This document shows positions 28,204 through 38,024 of a DNA stretch of 64,000 bases, piece by piece. A program made the position numbers and the translations under genes. The stretch is from Candidatus Hydrogenedentota bacterium (lineage in GTDB: Bacteria > Hydrogenedentota > Hydrogenedentia > Hydrogenedentales > SLHB01). Location of the stretch: positions 34,486 to 98,485 of the forward strand of contig BTVY01000026.1 of the NCBI GenBank assembly GCA_045863335.1, in the 5' to 3' direction. The notes below the pieces were generated by a model. That model was not told the origin of the DNA, ran no database searches, and was given only the letters and a program-made list of their open reading frames with translations. How positions within the stretch are numbered: position 1 is the first letter of the stretch; each line of letters opens with the position of its first letter.

Positions 28204-29556
28204 ATGCCGACCGAAGACGATAAGCTCGACCGACTACGCTCCGAAGGCGATCTGAACCTATCGCCGCGCCGCGCGGCCTGGGCGGAATCTCATCTCGACG
28301 CGGAGACCCAGTCCTTGCTCGACGAGGACGCGAAGTACTTCCTGCACCAATCACTCTCGACGCCCTGTCTGAACGCCCTTTGCGGTGCGGACGGTATCTA
28401 TCTCGAAGATGTGCAAGGCCGGCGGATCATGGATTTCCACGGCAACAGCGTGCACCAGGTGGGCTACGGGCATCCCCGCGTGATGCAGGCGATTCGCGAG
28501 CAGATGGAGACCCTGCCCTTCTGTCCGCGGCGGTACACCAACGAACCCGCGGTGGCCCTGGCGAGGAAACTCTGCGAACTCGCGCCGGGCGATCTCAACA
28601 AAGTGCTCTTCGCGCCCGGCGGCACCTCCGCCATCGGCATGGCCCTGAAACTCGCGCGCGCCGCGACGGGGCGCTTCAAGACGATCTCCATGTGGGAGTC
28701 CTTCCACGGCGCGTCGCTGGACGCCATCTCCGTCGATGGCGAAGCCATCTTCCGCAACGGCATCGGCCCCTTGCTCCCGGGGACCGAACACGTGCCGCCG
28801 CCGGACCCGTCACACTGCCCATTCGGTTGCGCGGGAACCTGCTCGCTCAAGTGCGCGGAGTACATCGAGTACGTGTTGGAAAAGGAAGGGGACGTGGGCG
28901 CCGTCATCGCGGAGACGATCCGTTGCACGCCCTTCATCCCGCCGCCCGACTACTGGCGCATCGTGCGCGACGCCTGCGACCGCCACGGCGCGTTGCTCAT
29001 CCTCGACGAGATCCCCACCTGCCTCGGGCGGACGGGCAAGATGTTCGTGTGCGAACACTACGGCATCGTACCCGACATGCTCGTCATCGGGAAAGGCCTC
29101 GGCGGCGGCATCTTCCCGCTCGCCGCGCTCATCGCACGGGAAGGACTCGACCTTATGCCCGAGCGCGCCCTGGGCCACTACACCCACGAGAAGAATCCCG
29201 TCGCCTGCGCGGCCGGGCTCGCCACCATCGCCGTCATCGAAGAAGAAGGCCTGCTCGCCCACGCGACGGAGCTGGGCGCCTACGCCATCGAACGCTTGCG
29301 CGCCATGCAACAACGCTTCCCCATCATCGGCGACGTGCGCGGTCTCGGCCTCCAGATCGGCGTCGAACTCCTCCGCGACGGCAAACGCGCCACTGGCGAA
29401 GCGGAGCAAGTCCTGTACGCCGCCCTTACCCGCGGCCTCAGCTTCAAACTCACCATGGGCAACATCCTCACCCTCACCCCGCCCCTGACCATCACCCGCG
29501 AACAAATGGACGCGGCGCTCGACGTACTGGAAGCGTGTTTTGCGGAGATTGCATAG
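28204..29556 (+). CDS. pbfA: Class III PLP enzyme, PbfA-like ((R)-1-hydroxy-2-aminoethylphosphonate ammonia-lyase)
   Basis: Class III fold (LILDEIPTCLGRTG, PDMLVIGKGLGGG). The N-terminus RSEGDLN...FLHQSLSTPCL, MDFHGNSVHQVGYG, SFHGASLDAIS and GHYTHEKNP match PbfA as I recall it. Confidence 0.7.
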   Translation: MPTEDDKLDRLRSEGDLNLSPRRAAWAESHLDAETQSLLDEDAKYFLHQSLSTPCLNALCGADGIYLEDVQGRRIMDFHGNSVHQVGYGHPRVMQAIREQMETLPFCPRRYTNEPAVALARKLCELAPGDLNKVLFAPGGTSAIGMALKLARAATGRFKTISMWESFHGASLDAISVDGEAIFRNGIGPLLPGTEHVPPPDPSHCPFGCAGTCSLKCAEYIEYVLEKEGDVGAVIAETIRCTPFIPPPDYWRIVRDACDRHGALLILDEIPTCLGRTGKMFVCEHYGIVPDMLVIGKGLGGGIFPLAALIAREGLDLMPERALGHYTHEKNPVACAAGLATIAVIEEEGLLAHATELGAYAIERLRAMQQRFPIIGDVRGLGLQIGVELLRDGKRATGEAEQVLYAALTRGLSFKLTMGNILTLTPPLTITREQMDAALDVLEACFAEIA

Positions 29557-29841
29557 TTTCTTCAGGAGACTCGCGCCTGTGTCATCGAAAATGACGGCAG
29601 GTACGATATAACCAGTGAAAGACTGCTAGGAAGGCCAACCACCGTCGCACACCATGCATCGGTAGTCGAATACCGGGAGACTCGGTCGCGCATGCGAAAG
29701 TGGGTTGTACATTTGACCAGAATCGGATCGCGGATTCGAACACTAAGTGCACGGCGATGACCTTACGCCGGGAGGTCGATTCGCGCGACCGATTCGGAAA
29801 GACCGGTTCTTGCCTGGTTGTGCAAAACGTAACCGCGGTTC

Positions 29842-30177
29842 TTATTGCGGAATGCCGGTTCTCGACTTTCCGGCCTGACGTAGCTTGCGCCGGAACACAT
29901 TGAACCGCTGAACGCCAATCACAAACACGACCAATGACACTCCCACCAGCACCCAACCGAGCAGGGTGTACCAATCGGCGTCGATCTCCGGATTCGGGTG
30001 AAAGTACGGAAGCTGAATGAAACTCATCCCCACAAGAAACAACGTTATCGCCGTCCGGACATAGGCCAATAGGGTTCGTTCGTTGGCGAGATGCGTCCGA
30101 TCGATGGCGAGCCAGTCGCGCGGAATCAACGCCCCCTCATTCATTCTGGTGTAGGGATCCTGGTCCACGGGTGTCAT
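29842..30177 (-). CDS. DUF202 (YidH-like) membrane protein
   Basis: RDWLAIDRTHLANERTLLAYVRT plus TM helices; ATG 30177 with a gaaggag RBS. Confidence 0.85.
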   Translation of the reverse strand: MTPVDQDPYTRMNEGALIPRDWLAIDRTHLANERTLLAYVRTAITLFLVGMSFIQLPYFHPNPEIDADWYTLLGWVLVGVSLVVFVIGVQRFNVFRRKLRQAGKSRTGIPQ

Positions 30178-30412
30178 CTCTCCTTCATGATCCGCTTGCA
30201 CGAGGCGGAATCTTCTCCGGAGATCCATAGTACCAAGTCGGCCCGGGGAGTTCGATGTACGAAACGTAGGGGAGAGTAGGATACCCCGCATTTCCGGCGT
30301 GATCATTCATCGCTTTTGGCGGCGGGTTGAATGGATTATCCGTCCAATGCCGATTCACGTATAATCGATGCTTTCGCGACCAAGATATGCACCCGGAAAG
30401 GGCAAAGATGCT

Positions 30413-31150
30413 ATGGGCGAAGCGTTGCGGCAGATCGAACTGACTGACCAGGAGGTGGCGTTTTATCAGGAAGAAGGGTATCTGCTGATCCCGCGATTGT
30501 TGCGGGACGAGGAAGTTACGCCGTTGCGGGCGGAGATACTTGGGATACTCGACATCATCGGGCTTGGGAAGACCAAGCTGCGGCAGACCAAGCAATATCT
30601 TGCCGGCAGCCATCTGGACGGACTCATCAACAGCGCCACGCTCGTCGGGCTGGCGTCGCGGTTGATGGAGGGGCCGAGCACACTGCATTCGCCGTTCACG
30701 GCGGTGAAGAGTCCCGGCGGGACGGAGTTCCACTTCCATCAGGACAACCAATACACGCGATTTGATGGGCCGGGCATCAATTTCTGGTTCGCCTTGGAAG
30801 ATATGTCGCCAGAGAACGGTTGTCTGCTCATCGCGCCGCGTTCCCATCGCAACGGCACTATAGAAGGCGTAGAAAGTCCGGATAAAGACGGGCACCGCAC
30901 GGTGGACCGCGAGCCCGAGTACTACTTCCCCATTCGCATGCGATCTGGGGATTGCGTGGCGTTCAGTCGGTTAACGGTGCATGGCTCGGGGTTTAATGGA
31001 ACCAACGAACCGCGAGTGGCCTATGGAGTTCAGTTTTTCCGGAACGATGTGAAGGCGCTGCACCCCGATGGCGAATGGCGGCTACTAAAAGAATTTCCAC
31101 GAATCGATGCGGGTCCGGTGGAAGTGATTGCTGCCGAGAATGTGGCTTGA
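30413..31150 (+). CDS. Phytanoyl-CoA dioxygenase (PhyH) family Fe(II)/2OG dioxygenase
   Basis: LTDQEVAFYQEEGYL, HQD facial-triad motif, WFALED..PENGCL..APRSH, GD..F...TVHGS.N and R. Confidence 0.88.
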   Translation: MGEALRQIELTDQEVAFYQEEGYLLIPRLLRDEEVTPLRAEILGILDIIGLGKTKLRQTKQYLAGSHLDGLINSATLVGLASRLMEGPSTLHSPFTAVKSPGGTEFHFHQDNQYTRFDGPGINFWFALEDMSPENGCLLIAPRSHRNGTIEGVESPDKDGHRTVDREPEYYFPIRMRSGDCVAFSRLTVHGSGFNGTNEPRVAYGVQFFRNDVKALHPDGEWRLLKEFPRIDAGPVEVIAAENVA

Positions 31151-31292
31151 TGGGGCCGATTATCGATACGATGAAGAACATGGACGAGTGGAATGGGGGG
31201 ACGTTGACGTGGCCGGATCGCGATGGACGGGCGAGAACCGCTTCCATCGGGCGAAAGTGCACGTTGGCGCAAATGAGATTGGAGCGTCATTC

Positions 31293-33584
31293 ATGCGGGC
31301 GGTACAAAATCTGGTCGTAGCGGTCCTTGTCATGATGTTGGCGGGGTGTGCGCGGTTTGGGCGGGAGCCGGAAGGGTTCCGGCTGGCGTCGGATGGGGTG
31401 GCGCAGGCGGTGATTGCGCTTCCGCCGGACGCCTCGCCTTCGACGGTGTATGCGGGCGAGGAGTTGCAGCGGTTCCTGAGCGAGATTACGGGCGCGCAAG
31501 TGGGCCTCGTGCACGAGTATCCGAATGCGCCGGCAAACGCCATCGTCATCGGCGAAGTGCGCGGCGCGAACGCCTTGCTGCAGGACGTCGATATCCCGTC
31601 GCTGGGGATGGAGGGGTATGTCATCCGGTCGGACGGCGCGCGCGTGGTGATCGCCGGAGGCCAGCCGCGCGGGATTCTGTACGGCGCGTACGCGCTATTG
31701 GAAGACCATCTCGGTTGCCGGTGGTTCACGGCCGACGTGAGCCGCATTCCGACGGACGCCGACCTCGTGATTCCGGCCATCGACGAGCGCGTGATTCCGC
31801 GCCTGGAGTATCGCGAACCCTTCGTGATGGACTGCTTCGACGGCGACTGGGCGGCCCGGAACCGGATGAACAGCACCGCCGCGCGGCTCGAAGAAAAGCA
31901 CGGCGGGAAGGTCACCTACTTCGGCTTCGTCCACACCTTTGAAAGCCTGGTGCCGCCGGACGTCTATTTTGACGAACACCCCGAATACTATTCGCTCATC
32001 GACGGCGTGCGGCAGCGGGAACGGTCACAGTTGTGCTGCACGAATCCGGACGTGGTCCGCATCGTGACCGAGGAAGTGCGCAAACGCATGGCGGAACATC
32101 CGGATGCGACCGTGTTTTCCGTATCGCAGAACGACTGGATCAACTACTGCGAATGCGAGCCCTGCACCGCGCTCGCCGACGCCGAAGGCACGCAGATGGC
32201 TCCCGTGCTGTCGCTGGTCAACCAGGTCGCGGCCGCGGTAGCCGACGAGTTCCCGGACAAGCTGGTCGACACGCTCGCCTATCAATACACCCGCAAAGCC
32301 CCCAAGACCATGCGGCCCGAACCGAACGTGGTGATTCGGCTCTGCAGCATCGAGTGCTGCTTCTCCCATCCCTTCGAGGACTGCGACAGCCCGGAAAACG
32401 TTTCGTTCGTGAAAGACGTGCAGGACTGGTCGCAGGTCTGCGACCGCCTCTGGGTGTGGAACTACAACACCTCGTTCTCAAACTACTTCACACCCTTCCC
32501 GAACCTCCGCGTCCGGAACGACAACATCAAGTTCTACGCCGACCACAACGTGACGGGGATCTTCGAGCAGGATGTGTACACGACGCTGGACGGCGAGCTG
32601 TCCGAACTGAGCGGCTATCTGAACGCCAAGTTTCTCTGGAACCCCGACTACGATGAAGAGACGGCCATGAGCGAGTTCCTGGATGCTGTCTACGGCGATG
32701 CGGCGAAACCCATTCGCAAATACATCGATCTCCTCCACGATCGCGTGGAAGACGAGAATATCCACATGGACATCTGGATCGGTCCCGATCATCCCGTATT
32801 GAACGACGCGATCCTGGAGAAGGCCGACCGGCTTTGGGATAAGGCGGAGAAAGTGGTCGCGGACGATCCCGGTGCATTGGCGCGCGTGCAGGCCGCGCGC
32901 ATGAGCGTGGACTTCGCCATCATCGAACGGACGCGGTCCAAGGGGATCGTCATGTACGATTACGATCCCATCAGCCAGTCTGCCACGTTGAAGCCCGAGT
33001 TCGTGGCGCGGATCAACCGGTTCCTCGACACCGCCGCGAAGAACGGCGTGACCAACATCCGCGAACAGGGCGGCGCGATCGACGTCTACCGGCAGGACCT
33101 CGAGAACCTGCGCGCCGTGACCTCCGAACCCATGATGGCCCCGGCCAATCCGGGCGCGACGGAACCCGGGCTCGCCTTCCGGTATTACGAAGGTGCGTGG
33201 AACGCGTTGCCGGACTTTGGCGTTTTGGAACCCGTCCGTGCGGGCGTCACGGAGAAGATCGACACGGAACCCACGGAACACGGCGAGACCTTCGGGCTGA
33301 TATACGAAGGCTTTATCGAAGTCCAACGCGCGGGTCTCTATGCCTTCGAATGCCGGTCGAACGACGGCAGCAAAGTAATCATTGGCGACCGGGTATTGAT
33401 CAACCACGACGGACTGCACGGGTCAAGTGCGAAATCTGGCGTCATCGCGCTGGACAAGGGCCTGCATCCGATCCAGGTCCAGTACTTTAACGCGGGCGGC
33501 CGGTTCACCCTGGAGTTGACTTACGAGGGACCGGGCATCAAACGGCAACCCTTGGCCGGTAATGCGCTGCGGCACAGCCCTTGA
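31293..33584 (+). CDS. DUF4838 lipoprotein with C-terminal PA14 domain (putative glycan-active)
   Basis: Lipobox LAG|C; RGILYGAYALLEDHLGCRWF, HTFESLVPP..YF.EHPEYY, QLCCTNPDV, SVSQND...CEC..C and TLAYQY; PA14 SNDGSK...NHDGLH. Confidence 0.85.
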   Translation: MRAVQNLVVAVLVMMLAGCARFGREPEGFRLASDGVAQAVIALPPDASPSTVYAGEELQRFLSEITGAQVGLVHEYPNAPANAIVIGEVRGANALLQDVDIPSLGMEGYVIRSDGARVVIAGGQPRGILYGAYALLEDHLGCRWFTADVSRIPTDADLVIPAIDERVIPRLEYREPFVMDCFDGDWAARNRMNSTAARLEEKHGGKVTYFGFVHTFESLVPPDVYFDEHPEYYSLIDGVRQRERSQLCCTNPDVVRIVTEEVRKRMAEHPDATVFSVSQNDWINYCECEPCTALADAEGTQMAPVLSLVNQVAAAVADEFPDKLVDTLAYQYTRKAPKTMRPEPNVVIRLCSIECCFSHPFEDCDSPENVSFVKDVQDWSQVCDRLWVWNYNTSFSNYFTPFPNLRVRNDNIKFYADHNVTGIFEQDVYTTLDGELSELSGYLNAKFLWNPDYDEETAMSEFLDAVYGDAAKPIRKYIDLLHDRVEDENIHMDIWIGPDHPVLNDAILEKADRLWDKAEKVVADDPGALARVQAARMSVDFAIIERTRSKGIVMYDYDPISQSATLKPEFVARINRFLDTAAKNGVTNIREQGGAIDVYRQDLENLRAVTSEPMMAPANPGATEPGLAFRYYEGAWNALPDFGVLEPVRAGVTEKIDTEPTEHGETFGLIYEGFIEVQRAGLYAFECRSNDGSKVIIGDRVLINHDGLHGSSAKSGVIALDKGLHPIQVQYFNAGGRFTLELTYEGPGIKRQPLAGNALRHSP

Positions 33585-33676
33585 CCCTATCCGGGTTGAC
33601 TGTTACGCTGGTCTATCGGAATCGGTGACCTTGGGCCTTGGCGTGTCACCAAAACCGGTTCTAAAACGTCTGTTAC

Positions 33677-33774
33677 ATAGGGACAGTTGCCAATTCGCCA
33701 CGTGAATGCGGCCGTGATTGGTGCTGCCTGCGTTGATTCAGTTGGTTCCTCGCGTAATTGGTAAGTGTCCCTAT
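33677..33774. repeat. 19-bp inverted repeat, second member of the GGGACA-type REP-like family
   Basis: atagggacagttgccaatt (33677-33695) / aattggtaagtgtccctat (33756-33774), 2 mismatches; core resembles the 3532-3622 element. Confidence 0.7.
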
Positions 33775-33797
33775 TGGATGTTGGGAAGGCAAACAGC

Positions 33798-34832
<1,035 letters not shown>

Positions 34833-34902
34833 CTCGTTTTGAATTGCTCCATGCCTCGATTCCGTGGCCAGAACCGCTGGCGACGATAGGACCGGTCATT
34901 GT

Positions 34903-35877
34903 ATGCAAGAGCCGCCTCCTCTTCCCCGATTGGACGCGCCGGTGCGCGGCGCGCGCAGGACTCCGCACACGTGGAAGTACCTCAGTCCCGAAGAGCTGCG
35001 CAGTCTCCGGAATCTCTTTTTTGCCGCGCGCGTGATCGTGGAAGGCGCATACGCGGGCCGTCACAAGTCGCCGTACAAAGGGTCCGCTGCCGAGTTTGTC
35101 GACTACCGCGAATACTACCCCGGCGACGAGATCCGCAGCATCGACTGGAAGGCCTTCGCGCGAACCGACCGCTACTATGTGAAACTCTTCGAGCGCGAAA
35201 CGGACATGAACTGCCACCTCCTCGTGGACCGGAGCGCATCCATGGGCTACGGCGGCAAGGAGTTCAATTCCTTTTTTCCCACGAAGGAACTTTCCAAGCT
35301 GGAGTACGCGTCGTATCTCGCGGCCGCGCTCGCGTACCTCATGGTGAAACAAGGCGACCGCGTCAGCCTGACTTTGTTCGACGAGCGCGTCAGCACGCAT
35401 GTGCCATCGGGCAGCACGTTCCCGCATCTCTATTCCTTGTTGAACGCGTTGGAGTCGACCCGCGTGGGCCGAAGGACCTCCGTGGCGCGCGTGCTTCGCG
35501 ATACCTTCGCCCTGCATCGCCGGCGCGGTTTGCTCGTGATCATCTCGGATCTGCTGGATGAACCGGAAGCCATCTTCCAGGCCCTCGACATGTACCGCCA
35601 CCGGAAGTTCGAGATCATCCTGTTCCATGTGTTGCATCGCTACGAGGTCGACCTGCCGCCCCTGGATAGCGTGAATTTCATCGACGCCGAAACCGGCGAG
35701 ACCATTTCGTCGCGGCCCAACGACATTGCGCGTTCTTACAAGAAAGAACTCGACGCCTTCATCCACACCATGTCGTCATCGGCGCAGGCCCGCAACATCG
35801 ACTACAATTTCATCAATACCACGACGCCATACCACGATGTCCTGCAGAAGTACCTGCTGCGGCGAGGGACGCTGTAG
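34903..35877 (+). CDS. DUF58 (vWA-related) protein
   Basis: GRHKSPYKGSAAEFVDYREYYPGDEIRSIDWK, VDRSASM and IISDLLD. Start uncertain (GTG 34864 is the alternative). Confidence 0.9.
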   Translation: MQEPPPLPRLDAPVRGARRTPHTWKYLSPEELRSLRNLFFAARVIVEGAYAGRHKSPYKGSAAEFVDYREYYPGDEIRSIDWKAFARTDRYYVKLFERETDMNCHLLVDRSASMGYGGKEFNSFFPTKELSKLEYASYLAAALAYLMVKQGDRVSLTLFDERVSTHVPSGSTFPHLYSLLNALESTRVGRRTSVARVLRDTFALHRRRGLLVIISDLLDEPEAIFQALDMYRHRKFEIILFHVLHRYEVDLPPLDSVNFIDAETGETISSRPNDIARSYKKELDAFIHTMSSSAQARNIDYNFINTTTPYHDVLQKYLLRRGTL

Positions 35878-35879
35878 CG

Positions 35880-38021
35880 ATGGGACCATGGAACATCACG
35901 TTCACCAACCTCGCCGTCGCAGCGGCCGGTTTAGCCGTGTTCGTGCCGTACCTGGTGCATCTACTCACGCGCCGTACACCGCGACGGCTGGTCTTTCCAA
36001 CGGTGCGATTTCTGCGCAAGGCCGAGGCGAGTCATTCGGCCCTGTTCCGGTTGCGCGACATCTTGCTGTTGCTCGTGCGCACCGCATTCGTGATCCTGCT
36101 CGTGCTGGCGTTTTTGAAACCCGTCTTGCGCGCGCAGGCCTCCCGCGCGGAGGATAGCGGGCAACACGCGGCCATCATCATTCTCGACCAATCGCTCAGC
36201 ATGGGCTACACCGGCACGGGGTTTACGCCATTCGCGCGGGGACAATTGGCCGCCGGCAAAATCATTGAGGGATTGGGTGGAGTGGACGTAGGCAACCTTA
36301 TACTTGCCGGCGTGAATCCGAAGCCGTCGTTCACCGAGCCCGCGGCGAACAAGTACCACCTGACGCGCGACCTGCGTGACGCGCGCTCCACGCTCGAACG
36401 CGCCGACATCGACGCCGCCATAGCCGAGGCGCTGCAGCAACTGAGCGCCCTGCCCGACCGGCAGGCCACGCTGTACTTCGTCTCGGACTTCCAGCGGACC
36501 AACTGGTCGGCAGTCAACTTCTCGGCCATCCCGGAGGGCGTCGATACCGTGTTTGTTCCGGTGCCCGAGGAACAACCCTGGAACCTCGCGGTCATGGATG
36601 TTGCCGTCGAACCGGCCGCGCCGGTGGTTGGGGAGGACGTGTCGATTATTTGCACCGTCGCAAACTTCGGTGGCACGGCCGAAACGATCCCCGTGTCGTT
36701 GGAACTGCGCAAGCCCGGCGCAGAGGACGCGGCAGCATTGGAACAGGAGATTGCGGTGCCCGCGGGCGAGACGGCTACGGTGAACTTTCGCCTGCGTCCG
36801 CGAGAGCGCGGGATGTTCGAGGGGACCGTGCACATCGGGACCGACGGGTTGGCTGCCGATGATACCCGCTACTTCACGATGAGCATCAGCGACCGCATCG
36901 GCGTGACCTTGTTGACCACGGCACCGGTTGACGAGAGCGGCTCCGGCGGGTCCTATCTCATGCATGCGATCGAACCGTCGCGCACCCGGGAAGGGGCCGA
37001 CGAGACGGGGGCGTTCGAGGTTACGATGACGACGCCGGAACGCTTTGGCGAGGCTCCGCCGGCGGACAGCCAGTTGGTGGTTCTCTTTGAGCCGGGCGCG
37101 ATCGGCGAGACCGCGGCAAGCGCGCTGGCGCGGTATATCGAGTTGGGCGGGTCGGTCATCTACTTCCTGTCCAACCCGGCGGATGGCGTGAACCTTGCCG
37201 TCTTGGAGACCGTAACGGAACGCAATCTCCAGGCGCCCTTCTCCGTCAATGGCGCCGTTGACTACACGGACAATAATGAAATCACCCACGCAACCTTTGC
37301 GGAGGCCAACTTCGACGAGCCGATGCTGCGGCGTTTCCGGGAGAGTGGAGACATCGGCGCGGCCCATTTTCAGAAACTGCTGGGAACGCAGCGCGTGGGC
37401 GGGCAGGGGCAGATTCTGATTCGCTACAGCGACGGCCACATCGCGTTGGCGCGCACCAACTACGGCGCGGGTTCGCTTTTACTCTGCAATTTTGATTTGT
37501 CCCGTGAAGGCAGCGACTTTGCCCGCAAGACGATCTTCGTTCCCTTCATCCATGAGATCTTGAAAGCGATGCGTCCAAGAGAGGTCACCGGACGCGAGCA
37601 TGCGGTGGGGTATCCCGCGATCGTCAGCGCAGCCATCCCTGCCGACGCAGCCAACGCGCGCTACACAAACCCCGCCGGCGAAGCCGTCACCGCAAGCGTC
37701 GAACGCATGACAGATACGACCACCATCGCGTTTCCCGATACCGCGGCGCCCGGATTCTATCGGGTGCACGAGTCGAATGAGCAACTCGCCGCCGCGCCGG
37801 TAAACGTGGATGCGCGCGAAAGCGATCTTAGCTATCTCGCTGAAGAGCAGATGACGGAGTTGATGCGGGCAAGCCGCCGCCAGTTCGCTACCGTGGACGG
37901 CGCAGACCCGGAGTCTGTGCGGCGTTTCCTGGAGGGCGTTCCCCTGTGGCCTTACCTGCTGCTGGCTGCGCTGGCCGCGATTGCTATCGAACAACTCCTG
38001 TTGATTGCGTTGAGGCGTTAG
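35880..38021 (+). CDS. BatA-like N-terminal double-TM, vWA and Ig/CARDB-domain membrane protein
   Basis: PYLVHLL...FPTVRFL...LLLLVR...LAFLKP; MIDAS DQSLSM...FVSDFQ; C-terminal NVDARESDL and a TM helix. Confidence 0.85.
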   Translation: MGPWNITFTNLAVAAAGLAVFVPYLVHLLTRRTPRRLVFPTVRFLRKAEASHSALFRLRDILLLLVRTAFVILLVLAFLKPVLRAQASRAEDSGQHAAIIILDQSLSMGYTGTGFTPFARGQLAAGKIIEGLGGVDVGNLILAGVNPKPSFTEPAANKYHLTRDLRDARSTLERADIDAAIAEALQQLSALPDRQATLYFVSDFQRTNWSAVNFSAIPEGVDTVFVPVPEEQPWNLAVMDVAVEPAAPVVGEDVSIICTVANFGGTAETIPVSLELRKPGAEDAAALEQEIAVPAGETATVNFRLRPRERGMFEGTVHIGTDGLAADDTRYFTMSISDRIGVTLLTTAPVDESGSGGSYLMHAIEPSRTREGADETGAFEVTMTTPERFGEAPPADSQLVVLFEPGAIGETAASALARYIELGGSVIYFLSNPADGVNLAVLETVTERNLQAPFSVNGAVDYTDNNEITHATFAEANFDEPMLRRFRESGDIGAAHFQKLLGTQRVGGQGQILIRYSDGHIALARTNYGAGSLLLCNFDLSREGSDFARKTIFVPFIHEILKAMRPREVTGREHAVGYPAIVSAAIPADAANARYTNPAGEAVTASVERMTDTTTIAFPDTAAPGFYRVHESNEQLAAAPVNVDARESDLSYLAEEQMTELMRASRRQFATVDGADPESVRRFLEGVPLWPYLLLAALAAIAIEQLLLIALRR

Positions 38022-38024
38022 ACC

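Noticed and set aside
29732-29741. tRNA (GTTCGAATCC T-loop on the minus strand)
   Set aside because: The flanking bases do not form a T-stem, and no cloverleaf or acceptor stem is evident.
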